The translations under genes and the position numbers were made by a program. 64,000 bases of DNA from Phyllosticta citribraziliensis. Its lineage: Eukaryota. Below the pieces are notes generated by a model, which had not been told where the DNA came from, made no database searches, and worked only from the letters and a program-made list of their open reading frames with translations. Shown here in pieces: positions 36,520-49,824 of the stretch (the first letter of the stretch is position 1; every line of letters begins with the position of its first letter). The DNA is taken from positions 1,984,001-2,048,000 of the forward strand of contig NW_027117344.1 of NCBI RefSeq assembly GCF_038025025.1, read 5' to 3'.

Positions 36520-36884
36520 TTACTTCTTGCCGTTGATGGTGTCGGAGACGGACTGAGCAAGGCCGCCGACGGCTTCCTGCGCGCTCTGAATGTAGCCCTT
36601 GCTGGCGTCCGAGGCGTCGTCGGAGCCACCGCGCACCTTGTCGGAAGCCTGCTGCGTCGTCGACTTGGAGTCGTTGGGCTGGACAGCGTCGGCAGCACTG
36701 GTAGCACGTCAGTTCTTTGTTCACTCTTGACGGGAGCTGGATGTGAGGGAGAGGAGAGAGGGGCTTACCGGTCGTAGGTGCCCGTGACAGTCTCCTTGGC
36801 CTTGTCGAGGGTCGACTTGGACGAGTCGGGGGTGATCTTCTCGGTGACCTGGTCGGTGACGGACTTGCGGCCTGCGTCAGACAT
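36520..36884 (-). CDS. HSP12: Hsp12/Hsp9 family small stress (LEA-like) protein
   Basis: MSDAGRKSVTDQVTEKITPDSSKSTLDKAKETVTGTYDR|AADAVQPNDSKSTTQQASDK..; intron 36698-36768. Not present as such in the supplied ORF track. Confidence 0.92.
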
Positions 36885-37232
36885 GATTGCTGAGTTGGTG
36901 TTGGTTGGTTGGAGGTAGGTGAAGGTTGTTGTTTGGAGTTTGGATTGTTGCTGAGAGGAGAGGCTTGTGTGGTGATGGAGAGAGAGACAGGGAGAGGCGA
37001 CGCCGTGTGCTCTTTATGTATCCCTCGACTGCCACGGCCGCTTGCCCGTTCCGTTCAGTGTTGTCCAAACCAGCCCAGCGCTTGTCCTGGCTGGCTGCGA
37101 TGGAGGCAGGACCTACGTCATCAATGGGAGAGCTCCTGCTCTCCTTTGGTTCTGTTCCGATGGCCACTGGCAGCCACCCGGAAACCGCCCCGCCATGGAC
37201 TGCGCGCGGCATGGCCCACCAGGATCGGAATG

Positions 37233-38023
37233 CCCCTCCTCCATCATCATCAGCGGAGGACAAGGGCCCTTCTCATCTCCTTGATTCCTCACGATTCGCC
37301 GATGATGGTGGGATTCCGGGTAGCTACGCGGGGGAGCCGGTCCATGCTGTGGCTGCTCCTACGTCATCGTGGCTGACCTCACCTCAGGCAAGCTCCGGCC
37401 ATCGACTTGTTCTTTGACGATGATGCGTTTTCACTTTTGCATCACGCCCGTCTCCCCTCCATTGTGCTCTGCTGTGACGCAGACATGTCAACATGTTGTT
37501 TCGGAGCATTCATGCGGGACCCCTGCCAACCACCCATCGACGTCGACGGCGGCGGTTGCTCCCGTCGTCCCGCTTCACCAAACACGCAAAGACGCACGCA
37601 ATGCACGCACTCGATGGCTTCGGTTGCATCTTTACCCGCCAGCCACCACGTTCCTTTGCATCACATGCTGTGGCGCTGCTCCCCTCCCGACCGTCTTCCA
37701 TCGCGGATTGACAGGACAATCGAAACCAACCAACATCCTTTGCCGTCCGGAATGCCTGCGGCGTCATCGCCATGACATCACAAGCCTGGGCCTCTGGGCG
37801 CGCCCCTACCTACCTACCTACCTATTGAGCTGCCCTGGCCGTGCTCCTCAGCTTGTCGACTTTCCCATTTGCATTCGCCATCGTTGAGTGCGGAATGCCA
37901 TGTCCGGGCTGCCTGCGTGATCCCCCTTGCCCCTCACGACACGCACGCCCCTTTGCCCGCACGCACTCGGCCGTGAGAATGCCATTGTTGCCCGTCCTTG
38001 CTCCGCTTACCTTGCCTTCCCCT
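37233..38023. promoter_or_regulatory. Cluster of STRE (CCCCT) elements upstream of HSP12
   Basis: CCCCT at 37233, 37454, 37520, 37681, 37803, 37923, 37930, 37948 and 38019. A TATA-like sequence on the minus strand near 37013-37021. Confidence 0.55.
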
Positions 38024-38729
38024 GCCTTGGCGGGGCGTCGACTGGCGGCGGTGCGTGCGGTGCACCCTGGGAGCCCTGGAACGCGGGGCAACTCTGTGCC
38101 ATCGAACCAAGGGATTTGATCTCGATCTACTCCCGACGCGGATTAGTGATGGAATAGCTCTCATCTCGCCATCATCAGCAGTAGCCGCCGCGGGGCAGCA
38201 TTGCTCCCTGGCCGGCTAGCCTACAGGAATGGGCATCCAATCGAATTGGCCTCTGTCCTCGGTGCCGCTATTGCTGCGAACAGCAAGTCAATGGCGTCAT
38301 CACAAGCTGCAAGAGAGAGCGCAGAGGCACGCAGTAAGAATGTCGCGATACTTTTGCAGTGTTTGCGCGTTCGCGGGCATGCATGTGGTTGGGTCTTTGG
38401 AGCTGGTTGCAGACTTGTGCAGGGTCTTGAGCTCCGTAAATGCCGCAGAAGAGAAGGTTTCGTACGGAACCGTGGCGACATTCTCGACCAGCATGTGAAG
38501 GTTTGTCGGAAGATGAGTAATTGGAAAAAGGATCAAGTCGGACGACCAACGGACGACCAAGTGCCGAAAGACAACTTCACTTCAATTTGGTAATACTGCA
38601 ACGTGTGTAGCAACGAAAGAATTGTGTGTAGCTGGTTAAGTGTTGGGAATATGAAGAAATGAGAGGCTGAAGACAGCATCAAATGAATGTCAGCTCATCA
38701 ACTTTTTAACGAGATTTTGGCTTGTTTCC

Positions 38730-40423
38730 TTAGAGCTCTTGCCACTCCTCGCCGTCGGTAGCCTCTTCGTGCTCGACATATGGCTCCAGCCTGGCCTTGA
38801 ACTCCTCGACACTCATCTCCTCGCCCATCCAATGCTCAGGCTCGTCTTCGGCGCCCTGCTTGGGCGGGATCAGCACGCTGCTCACAACTTGAATGACGCC
38901 GTCCTTGGCGATGCCGTCCTTGACTGCGACGCGCGAGAAGCCGTTGACCTTGATCTCGATGAACGGACCACGCCTGCCAACGTCGACGGAGAGAGCACGG
39001 TCATCAAGAAGCGTGGGCAGGTCAAAGTGGTAGCTGCGGCGAGCCTCGATGTCGCCGACCGGCTTTGTGTTGTAAAAGGCGTCCGAGTACAGGGTCTGGT
39101 TGAGGACGACGTGGTACTTCAGAATGGCCGTGAGATACTTCTCGCCGTAGTCGGAGAAGAGGAAAGCGTTGATGCGAGGGCCAAGCTTCTTGAACGCCCA
39201 GTTGGAGGGCGCAAAGAAGGTGCCGCCGAGATGAGCAGTCTCGTTGAGGGCCTCGAGCAGGCCAGTCTTGGTCAGGCCGAGCGAAAGCGTGGAGAATTCA
39301 GAGGGCAGGAGGCTGATAATCTTGGTGACCTCTGGGGGCGGCAAGAGAATCGAGTCGATGGCGTGAATGACCCCGTTGGAGCCAAACTGCACTTGTGAGC
39401 GATGCCCAGTTGAGAGAATGGGAGACTTACAATGTCGACAGCAATAATGCGGCTGTAAAAGTTGACCGTGAGCCCCTTGAAGCCAACGTGAAGACTAAGC
39501 CTCTGGGGCTGGGGCTCCTCACCGAGCTCGGGCTCGTTGTACAGAGTGGGGATGGTGTAGGTCTTCAAGACGCGGCCAGCAGGGTAGAAATCACCCGAAA
39601 CGTGGTAGGTCAGCAGCTTCTTGATGAACTCCTTGCTAGGCTCGTGTCCCTTGGGAATCTTGTCAAAAGCCTTGTCAGTGGGGGCAAAGACTGTAAAGTT
39701 CGCCGTAGTTCCGTTGAGCAGTTGAACCAAGTCGGGCTCGTCGTTGATGAGCTTGGCCAGCTTGGTAGTATATTTGCTCTCCGCAATCAGCTCGTAGATC
39801 GTCTTGTTGGACGGCTCGTGCGGCTTCTTGTGACCACCATGTTTTCCACCCTTCTTCTTGTTCTTCTTGTGGTGCTTGTCAGGGTTCGGAGGACCATCGC
39901 GATGGTGGGGCGGCGGAGGAGGGGGGACGTCGTCATCCTCAAAGATACTGAACTGGTGGTGGTCACCCTTGTGTGGCGGCGGAGGGAATGGGCGATCATG
40001 GGCCTCGATCAAGTCCTCCGGTGGTGGAGGCGGCTGGTTAGGGTGGTGTTTGCGGGGCGGACGACCATCCTCAAACAGAGGTTTTGGTGGTTGGCCCTGA
40101 AGATGATGGGATAGCCAGCTGCCAATGTCGCGAATCCTGTCGCTCATGTGGTCGTCCGTGTCGACCCATTGGGCGACGGCATTGTCAATCGCATTCTTCG
40201 ACTGCTGAACAGCGTCCCTGAGCCCGAATTCGACGGCCTCGAACTCATCATACGTGTCGTCCCAGACGTTCTTCACGTTTCCCTTGAGGTGCTTAAAGTC
40301 GAGGTGCGGCGGCTCCGGAACGGGAGGTTCGGCCTCGACGGCGACGTCATTCCACACCGATTCGTCGGGAATGACCAGGGCGGAGCCCAACGCGGCGAGC
40401 GGTAAGAGACCAGCGACCTTCAT
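38730..40423 (-). CDS. Secreted fasciclin (two FAS1 domains) protein
   Basis: Signal peptide MKVAGLLPLAALGSALVIP. FAS1 motifs FTVFAPTDKAF, LLTYHV, NGVIHAIDSILLP, TFFAPSNWAF, ILKYHVV and DGVIQVVSSVLIP. Intron 39387-39430. Confidence 0.9.
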
Positions 40424-41477
40424 GATAACGACAAATTCTCGAGTGTTGATGTGGAGAAGAGCAGGCAAGCAGACCGATGAGGAGACAACTGCTGCGACGG
40501 ATGGCGGAATGGCTAGGGTCCGATGGGCAAAGTCAATGACGATGACGGAATGACGGGACCCCGGCGTCTCGGAGTTAGGTAAGGAGCGTCTGACGGAGAA
40601 CACGAGCTGGCGCTACAGAAGCTGAATAACAGGGAAGCGGGGAAGATTGATTGGAAGATGAACTGGTTGCTTTATGGTGTTGTTTTGCTGCAGCCTAATG
40701 TCGAGAAATCCCACCGAGTTTGCGCTGCCGTGACGATGGAGCTGACGACTACTTTCGCTACCAAGGGTCGAATTCGGAAATGAGCACCAAGCAAAGTCCC
40801 GCAGAATGTCTTGAGGTACGAGACGCGGGAGTCGGCATGGCGAATTGAAGGTCGGTGAGCAGAGCAGAGCTGGAGGATGAGCTAATGGAAACTGGCAGGA
40901 GTTTGCTACCGGGGGAGGCTGATGAGCGAACCAACAAGCAGACGGGGTGTTGGTGGACAAAGCGGGGCAGCGGGAAAGACGGGAGATTTTCGACACGACA
41001 AGGATCGGCGTGCTTGGTATGTATGTATGTACTTGTCTGTTCACCGAGTTGAATGCTCAGTTGACTATTAACCGAATGCTCCTTGTTTACCCTTTTCCGA
41101 TTCCATGCCGTCTGCCACAACCTGACTGACCTGAAGGCCTGGGGCCCGGGCGGGACCTGAGTGCACGTCCGGTCTTCAGCCCCAACGGAAGTCAAGCTAG
41201 CGAGCTCTGTCAAAATGGCGTCACTCTCTCACATCACAGCAGAGCAGTCGGGAGCCTCATCCGCCAGAAACAAGCTTCACCAAGCTTTGTGTCTCCATTC
41301 AATTGCGGATCCAGATCAGCTCCACCCACGTCAGAATGCCCTGTTTCTAGCCCTGGCCCATGGGTACCTGAGTCCCTTTATCTGTTCTGTTTGCTTGCAG
41401 CTAGACTGCTGTACTTCTCAATTCACTCTGCTTCTTACCACTCAGGCTCTCTTCAATTGACCACCAACAAACTCATC

Positions 41478-43321
41478 ATGGCCGGCCTCGCAAGACACAT
41501 TGACCCAGACGACCTTGTCTCCAGACTTCATGACCACCCTACCCACCACCGTGGATTCCACTCGAGCAATGCCGTCTCCCACAACACCCCCTACTCCAGC
41601 CGCTACTCTGCAAACACCGAGCTGTCCAAATTCAAGATTCCCCACGAGGGTGCCCCAGCAGACACAGTCCATCAGCTCCTCAAAGACGAGTGAGCACCTA
41701 CCTCTCACCCCATTGTAGCTTGGATTGACCATCTCCAGGCTCGATCTTGATGGACGGCCAAATCTCAACCTTGCCTCGTTTGTCGGAACATATATGGAGA
41801 AGCAGGCCGAAGAGCTCATGATCGAGAACCTGTCCAAAAATATGTCCGACGCAGACGAGTATCCCGCAATGATGGACATGTACGCCTCCAATCCAGGTCC
41901 TCTCCTCGACTCGAGCTAACCGAACCAGGCACACTCGCTGCGTATCCATCCTGGCTCACCTCTGGGGCGTACAAAAAGGCGAAAAGGCCGTCGGAACAGC
42001 GACGACGGGGTCCTCGGAGGCAATCCATCTTGGAGGACTCGCCATGAAGCGGCGCTGGCAAGAAGCCCGCACTGCCGCCGGCAAAGACACGTCCAAGCCC
42101 AACATCATCATGGCCGCCAACGCGCAGGTCGCCCTCGAAAAGTTTGCCCGCTACTTTGAGGTCGAGGCACGCATCCTTCCCGTCAGCGCCAAGAGCCGGT
42201 ACTGCCTGGATCCAGACCTCGTGCGGGAGAACATTGACGAAAACACTATTGGTGTCTTTGTCATCTTGGGCTCGACGTACACTGGCCACTATGAGCCCGT
42301 CGAGGCCATTTCCAAGATTTTGGATGAGTACCAGGACAAGACTGGAATCGACATTCCTATCCACGTCGACGGTGCCTCGGGAGCCTTCATTGCCCCCTTC
42401 ACAAAAGCCAAGGCTGGAGATCAGAAGTGGTGGGTCATCTCGTGCACATTGTGAGAATCAACGTTGACCGTGGCCTTTAGGAATTTCGAACTGCCCCGAG
42501 TCAAGTCAATCAACGTGTCCGGCCACAAGTTTGGTCTCGTTTACGCTGGCGTTGGCTGGTAAGTCCCTTGAAGCTTGCCTGTAGCTGTTTTGTCTGCTGA
42601 CACGATCAGGATCATATGGCGGGATGAGAAATTCCTTCCCAAGCATCTCATATTTGAACTGCATTACCTTGGCGGCACAGAAGAGTCTTACACGCTCAAC
42701 TTCTCCCGTCCAGGAGCTCAGATCATAGCCCAGTACTACAATCTCATCCACCTTGGCTATACCGGCTACCAAGCAATCATGGAGAATGCACTGGCAAATG
42801 CCCGTCTCTTGAGCCGGGCACTAGAAGAGACGGGATGGTACGAATGCATCAGCGACATCCACCGCAAAAAGGGGGATTACGAGTACCGCGAAGGCCAGAA
42901 GCCCTTTTGCGATGGCGAGGACAGCGGCGCCTACAACGCCGGCTTGCCCGTCGTGTCGTTTACTCTGAGCAAGAAGTTCAAGGAAAAGTACCCGCACGTC
43001 AAACAAGTGGCCATCAGCAACTTGCTGCGGGCCAAGCAGTACATCATTCCGAACTACCCTCTGCCGCCCAACGAGGAGAAGACGGAAATTCTTCGCGTCG
43101 TCGTCCGCGAATCCATGTCGCTGGACCTGCTGGACAGGCTCATCACCGACATTTGCTCCGTCACCGAGACGGTCATGCAGAGCGACACGATGGACTTGTC
43201 GGCCTGGCAGCCGACTAGCTCGAGCATCGAAAAGAAGCATGGAAATCATGGCCTGGAGGCTGGTGACAGGCACAAGGCGCGCCGGCCGATGCACCATGGT
43301 GTCCACAGATCTGTCTGCTGA
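41478..43321 (+). CDS. GAD1: Glutamate decarboxylase (group II PLP decarboxylase)
   Basis: Motifs [64 protein letters not shown] (PLP Lys), [16 protein letters not shown] and LRVVVRE. Four short introns. Confidence 0.95.
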
Positions 43322-43713
43322 GGGATTCTTTCAAGGATGGCGTTTTGTGTTTTCTAGCGTATCTAGGTGCGAGAGCGGAGCTGTGGCGGAAAGCTCGTGA
43401 AGCACCAGGCAAATCAATGTTGATTCGACAAGTACTTCCGTGATTCTCATTCAATCCATTTCCTCCGTTCAATATGTTTTGGAGGAATATCGCTACCGGA
43501 GCTCGGCCTGTCCTTGCAGTCTCAATCCAAGACATGGGCCGGAGGCACTTGTGTCTGCCCTCGCATGGTTGCAGGGCGTGTCCGTGAGATATCCAGGCAT
43601 GGCTGTGGTAAGGCTTCTCCCAGTCGTGGCTCGGCGGTGAAAGAGAACGCATGCTCCCGGCACTCTCAATATCGCCGCGTAAAGGGTATCTCGAATCCAA
43701 TTTTCCTCGGTTC

Positions 43714-44252
43714 TCACACCTCGTCCTCCTTCTCCACCACCCACGCCTTGACAATCTTGACCTCCTCCAGCGGCTTATCATCGCGATCCGTCCTCGCCAA
43801 CCCCATGCGCCTAACCACAGGCATGCCACTCTTGACGCGCCCAAAAATGGTATGCTTCCCATCCAACCACGGAGTCGGCGCAAGCGTGATGAAGAACTGC
43901 GACCCATTCGTATTCGGGCCACTGTTGGCCATGCTGAGCACGCCCGCGCCCGTGTGCTTGAGCTGCGGGGAAATCTCGTCCTCGAACTTTTCGCCGTAGA
44001 TGGACTCGCCGCCGCGGCCGGTGCCCGTCGGGTCGCCTGTTTGGATCATGAAGTCTGGGATGATGCGGTGGAAGACGACGTTGTTGTAGTAGCCGCGTTG
44101 GGCCAGCGTGCGGAAGTTTTGGACGGTGCGCGGCGCGTGGGCTGTGTAGAGTTCGAGCGTAACCGTGCCCTGGATCTTTTGTCAGATGCCGTGTTTGGAA
44201 GGCGGAAAGATGGCCGAACCATGGAGGTTTCGAGGGCGACTTCGGTGGCCAT
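43714..44252 (-). CDS. Cyclophilin, PPIL1/Cyp1-type peptidyl-prolyl isomerase
   Basis: [81 protein letters not shown]. Intron 44170-44219. Confidence 0.93.
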
Positions 44253-44539
44253 GGCTGAAAGATTCAATGGATTTATAAAAAGGTGGGCAGTGCGGAATGT
44301 CGAAGGTTGGTCGAGTGTGTTGAAGGTGTTGTTGATGCTGAAAGACGTGGCCGTGTATCCGCCGCACGGACCAGTTTCAGCATTTCGTCACCGGCGGTGT
44401 CTTGATCGGATCCGTCGAGTCTCGAGGACTTGACCAGAACAACATTCATCCGTGATTTGGAGCGCAGCCAGACTTACAAACTATCCATCGCTAAGCCCAC
44501 GACCGACTATACTTTCAAACGCGCCGGGAAAACGCGAAG

Positions 44540-46165
44540 ATGGATCTCACCACGTGGGCTTTGCCCCAACTCGAACGCCTCCTGCCTCTGGATCAAGAAT
44601 CGCTGAAGCAAATCATCACTTATACCGACACCTTACCCCGGGATCAAGCGGCAGATCACTTGAAAAATCTTCTTGGGGACTCTCCGCAGGCGCTCGAATT
44701 CATATCCGCTTTCAACTCTCGCCGAGGGCCACCAAGATCCGAGGCAGCACCAGCAAGGGAGGAGACAGGAGTGCCAAAGCCAAAGCCGCGTCAGAAGAAG
44801 AAGGCAAACATCCATCAGTTGCCTCCTCGGCAGGTTCAACATGTGGGTAATGTTTCAGGAGCCTACATCAAGAAAGACGAAGAGGAATACATGTCTGGTG
44901 GAAGTTCCAGGACACGCAAAGACCAGGACGCCGTAGCCAATGCTCTCCAACTTCAAGAAAAGCCGGATGCAGTCAAGCAGCCAAAAGCCACCAACACTCC
45001 ATCTTCGACCAACCCGCGCATCTCCAAGCCTCCTCCATCAGCATCAGGCCCACTAATCTCAGACTCACTTCCTTCGTCGAAGAAAACCTCGCGCACAGCT
45101 TCTCCCGCCCCCCAAGCCAAGGCCAAAGTCAACATCTCCGGTGGCACCTCTATGAAGGGCCAATCTTCAGTCGTAAATGACCTCGACTCGGCGATTCGCG
45201 CTCTCGAGATTCAAACCAATCCGTCTTTGTCGTCGAATTCGGCCGAAGAAAATGCCAAGCGTCGCTGCAACTGCATGGCCACACGGCATCCGCTCCTCGA
45301 AGCTGCGCCCAACTGCCTCAATTGTGGAAAAATCATCTGCATCAAGGAAGGTCTCGGCCCCTGCACTTTTTGCGAGAAGCCTTTGCTCTCGCAAGCCGAC
45401 ATTCAGTCAATGGTGCGCATCCTTCGCGAAGAACGGGGCCGCGAGAAGATGGAAGCAAACAACGCTTCGAATCGTCGTGCTGAGGTTTCCAAAGCCCCAC
45501 GACCCTTTTCGGGCAAGACTTCCCTGGCAAGCCCGGGCGCGAGCGCACCATCCTCAGACTCGGAGGCCGAGGGCTTGCGCAAGGCGCAGGAGCACAGAGA
45601 CAGATTGCTAGGTTTCCAAGCCAACAATGCACGCAGAACACGCATCCATGACGAGGCCGCCGACTTCGATACGCCGGTCACGGGAACCAACGTGTGGGCG
45701 AGTCCCCAGGAGCGTGCACTGCAGCTGAAGAAGCAACAAAAGGTCTTGCGGGAACAAGAATGGAACGCTCGGCCAGAGTATGAGAAGAGGCGGGTGGTAG
45801 CCAGTATCGACTTGGCTGGAGGCAGAATCGTAAGGAAGATGGAGGCGGTCCAGAGACCAGAGTCGGACACGGAAGATGACTTGGACCAACTCGATTTACC
45901 GCAAGAGTCTGCAGGTCCTTCAGGCGGAAAGACTGGTGGGGCTTTCAGCAGAAATCCTTTGCTGGGAGGACTGATTCGACCAATCGCAAAGGTAGAAGGT
46001 GCCGAAGACAAGGGGAAGCAGAGGGAGAAGGAGAAGAGGAGTACGTGGAGGAGAGTGCAGGACGACTTGGATGACAACGAGCAATTGATCTTGGATGGTG
46101 GGGCCTATGGTGGGAAGACAGATGGAAGAGTCTTGGGCGCAGAGGAACACGCTTCTGGTCCATGA
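44540..46165 (+). CDS. C2HC5 zinc-finger protein (ASC-1/TRIP4, yeast Rqt4-like)
   Basis: CNCMATRHPLLEAAPNCLNCGKIICIKEGLGPCTFC, followed by HRDRLLGFQANNARRTRIHDEAADF. Single exon. Confidence 0.88.
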   Translation: MDLTTWALPQLERLLPLDQESLKQIITYTDTLPRDQAADHLKNLLGDSPQALEFISAFNSRRGPPRSEAAPAREETGVPKPKPRQKKKANIHQLPPRQVQHVGNVSGAYIKKDEEEYMSGGSSRTRKDQDAVANALQLQEKPDAVKQPKATNTPSSTNPRISKPPPSASGPLISDSLPSSKKTSRTASPAPQAKAKVNISGGTSMKGQSSVVNDLDSAIRALEIQTNPSLSSNSAEENAKRRCNCMATRHPLLEAAPNCLNCGKIICIKEGLGPCTFCEKPLLSQADIQSMVRILREERGREKMEANNASNRRAEVSKAPRPFSGKTSLASPGASAPSSDSEAEGLRKAQEHRDRLLGFQANNARRTRIHDEAADFDTPVTGTNVWASPQERALQLKKQQKVLREQEWNARPEYEKRRVVASIDLAGGRIVRKMEAVQRPESDTEDDLDQLDLPQESAGPSGGKTGGAFSRNPLLGGLIRPIAKVEGAEDKGKQREKEKRSTWRRVQDDLDDNEQLILDGGAYGGKTDGRVLGAEEHASGP

Positions 46166-47781
46166 AGCTTCCAAAGTCAGATGCTCCCTTCATCGTACCC
46201 AACTTCTCGCTGAGCCTTGCTACGGGTGGTTTGCAGGAAGTCGTTTTTAGCGGCGCAAGTGGCAACCACTCGACTGGACAGGAAGTTCGAGCGACTTGTG
46301 CCGTTCCCCAAACACCATCATCATGCAATGGACGCTCCGGCACATGCCGTCTCCACCATAGCTGTCACCAATCAGATCACCAGTTTCTACAAATGTTCTA
46401 ACCCGAGTACGACAACCAAATTTGATTCGGGCCAGTGGAGCTCATGCGCCCTGCATTTAGATTCTATACAGCGCACAGATGCATCTTTCGAGATCGACCT
46501 AGGCCAGCAATACTGCCAATCATCTCATCAAACCCACGTTCCTGACGCTACGCGTCGACCCACATGCGCCACGCTAAACGGTCCGCTGATCTGCAGTAGC
46601 ACCTCGACGAACTGGCACAACGAACCACCTCGACAACCATCAAGGCATTCCGTCGGTGACTGGAGGAGATGGGTTCACTTTATGCCGTACTTCCTGCAGC
46701 GCGGCAGTCCAGCTGACGCGCAACACGGTGTTCATTCCAAGCTGATCAGCGCTCGTTGCTCTCGTGCAGTGGACCCATTTACATCGCTCGGCGTAGCGAC
46801 ATTCCTCACGTCCGCCTTCCCTGGGCTCCTGACGTTCCTGGTATTTTGGAGATACGAACGATGGCCCGATAGCAACCTCGGCCGTGCTTGGCGTCGCCGA
46901 AAACGCGCTCACGACATGTGCAGCGTCTCTTTTATCCTGCAACCGCAAGGTCGCTGGCTGGAAGGAAAATCCTCACGTCGCGCGTGGCGCTCGCTCTGCT
47001 TTGCTCGTTCCCGGTGCACGAGGATGCCGACGGACAAAGGCACGCATCGGGCACATCTGCACGACATGCCGGCTCGGCACGAGGAGACCTTCCTGATCGG
47101 GGACGTATTTGGACGAATAGCGCTGCTCGCACACCATTCTTTTTCCATTTTTCCACAGCTTGGGGGGGCCAGCTGACGGGTTTGTCAGCGCCAGTGGAAG
47201 GCCCTGATTTGTCCCCCGCGTTCCCGTCATCGCGGTGCCCGGCGCACTTCACTTTTAGCGCTCTATAAATCTCATTTTCCCCACGCACGGCGCAGTTTGC
47301 GCAAGCCACCCGCTGCGCTCTCGCACCCTTCCTCGGACCTTGAGAGCTGCAGCGCGCATGTAATTGGACGAGGCCGTGCAATGGCGATGATTGCCCCTCT
47401 TCTTGGGAGCCGGAAGATCCAGGGCCAGGAACAACCGTCTTCTTGGCCCAACGCTAGCTTCAGGTCCATGTCCGAGTCGATATTGTGCCTGTCGGCGCAG
47501 GGGCTCAAGAATAGGAGCGAGCGGTCCGAGTCAGACGGCCCTGTGGCCCTGAAACGGCCATGTGGTCCCGTCTTGGTGAAGAGGTTCGCATTGGTGGGCG
47601 CCGACTGATGCTGCTAGCGCACAGCACGTTGGGAAAATCCGGGGCACGTGCAAGCAATCGCGATTTTATAACTAGACAGTCGAGGGACACTGCATGGCGG
47701 GTGCGAGGCCTTGTTGTTGTGAGCAGCGCGCAGTCCTTCGTTCGTGGTTGGCTTGATCTGACCGGGCATCAGTAATACAAG

Positions 47782-49824
47782 ATGCTGTTCTCATCCGCTC
47801 TTTTGGCCTCTGCCCTTTTCACGGCAGCATTGGCCGCACCAGCGACGCCGCCAACCAGCAAGAAGCTCGGTCTCAAGTTTGAGAAGCGCGCGGATGAGCT
47901 GCCGACCCTGACTCTGCCTTACGGCACGTGGCAGGCCGCAGAGTACGACGACGATGCCGACGTCTGTTCCCGATGACCATATCTCCACCTCTTGGCTGAC
48001 CGCGCGTAGTTTTACACGTTCAAGAACGTTCGCTACGGCGCGTCCACGGCGGGTGAGAACCGCTGGAAGAAGCCGCAGGCGCCGCAAAACAACGACACTC
48101 TGCAAGATGGCAGTTACGGACCCATTTGCGTGCAGGCTCCCATTGAAGGCCTCAACTTGCTTGGTCCCGGCAACGATTCGCCCATTGGAGGGGCCCTGAA
48201 CCAATTCCTTGGTGGCATACCGTTGCCCATCTTCGACGGCGGCTCTGAGGACTGTTTGTTGTTGGACCTTTACGTCCCCGGTAAAGCGATCAGAGACCCT
48301 GATGCTTCGAGTCTGCCTGTCGTCCTGTGGATCCACGGTGGTGCATATGGTACGTCTTCCCTGCAAGTGGGGTAGATGGGTGCTAATGTTTGAGCAGTCT
48401 TTGGAAGTAAAGATGCACTGAGCGCCATCGGATTTTACAAGGGCGACGGAGTGGTCGAACAGAGCGGCGGCAATGTCATCTTCGTTTCTGGCAACTATCG
48501 ACTCGGCGCTTACGGCTTCCTGGCTGGAAAGACCATGGAGGACCAGGCAGTGCCGAATGCTGGATTGTGGGATCAGCGAGGTGAGTAAATCAAACAAAGA
48601 CGACCAACCTTTGCTAACACGCTCCTAGCCATGCTCGAGTGGGTGCAGTCTTACATTTCTCTCGTGGGAGGTGACCCGGAAAACGTAAATGCTTGGTATG
48701 ACAGTCCAATCCTCCTTCAGGGCTCTCTGCTAATGACGAAAAGGGGAGAGAGTGCCGGGGCTTCGTCGCTTCTCCACCACCTTGTGGCTCAGGGTGGAAC
48801 CCTCAATCCGCTCTTCAAGAGAGCTGTGCTCCAGAGTCCGGCATACCAGATCATGTGGGACCGCAACGGCACAGTTGAAGACGTATTCCAGAACTTCGCT
48901 TCGCTTGCTGGTTGTTCCGGCGGAGACTTTGAATGCCTGCGCTCCGTCGACGCTGCAACACTCGATACTGCGAATGAAGCGCTCATCAGAGCAGCCCCAG
49001 AAGGAGCATTCAACATCGGCCCTGCGGCTGATGGCGATTTCATTCGCCAGCTTGCCCCCTTGGAGTTTGCGTCTGGCAATTACTGGAAAGGACTCGAGTC
49101 TCTGATCGTCTCTCACACAGCTGATGAGTCCGAGTTGTTTGTCGACGGGCATGTACAGACGGACGCCCAATTCACCGAATTCATCGACTCCATCTTCCCC
49201 AACTACGCCCAGGCTGCTGGTATCAACGCTGCCATCGAAACCTTCTTCACTGCCGATGCGTACGACAGCGTAACAGACCGGATGAAAGCCTTTGTTCGGG
49301 ACACCAGCTTCACCTGTCCGGCGCGCTTCGTGACCGAGGCCTTTCCCGACTCCACCTGGAACATTGAGTACGCCGTGACGCCCGGATGGCATGCGACGGA
49401 CCTGCTGCCGACATTTTACAGCAGCTACATCTCGTTTGGCGGCAACGAGCCGGTCAATCTGATCCCCGGCTTCGGCAACCTCGCGCAGGGCTACCAGAGC
49501 TACCTGACGTCGCACGCGCGCAGCGGTGACCCGAACACGTACCGGTCTGATGACAGCCTGTTGGGCTTGTTTGCCACGGTCGAATGGCCCAAGCCGACAG
49601 ACGTTACTGCCGAAAATTTGGCCAACGTTTTGAGGGTCGAGGATCTCGGCTTTAGCATTGGCGAGGCCAACCAGTTCCCGTATAGCGAGTGTGACTTTAT
49701 CAGGCAACTCTGCGCAGCTGTGACGAACGTAGGCGGTTATGCTGTACCAGGGACAGAGCAAGAGCAGAGCTTGGTAACGTTTACCGGCGATGCAAGTGCC
49801 AATTATACCGGGTTGGGGGCGTAG
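47782..49824 (+). CDS. Secreted type-B carboxylesterase/lipase
   Basis: Signal peptide. Motifs SEDCLLLDLYVP, PVVLWIHGGAY, NYRLGAYGFL, NAGLWDQ, GGDPENVNAW|GESAGA (nucleophile Ser) and WHATDL. Four introns. Confidence 0.92.

Noticed and set aside
41478..43321. GAD1 as part of the oxoprolinase cluster
   Set aside because: It lies 9 kb beyond the regulator with three unrelated genes in between. It is a conserved GABA-shunt gene.
46217..47176. 319-aa ORF between the Rqt4-like gene and the esterase
   Set aside because: Non-ATG start, Arg/Ser/Cys-rich random-looking composition and no recognisable domain.
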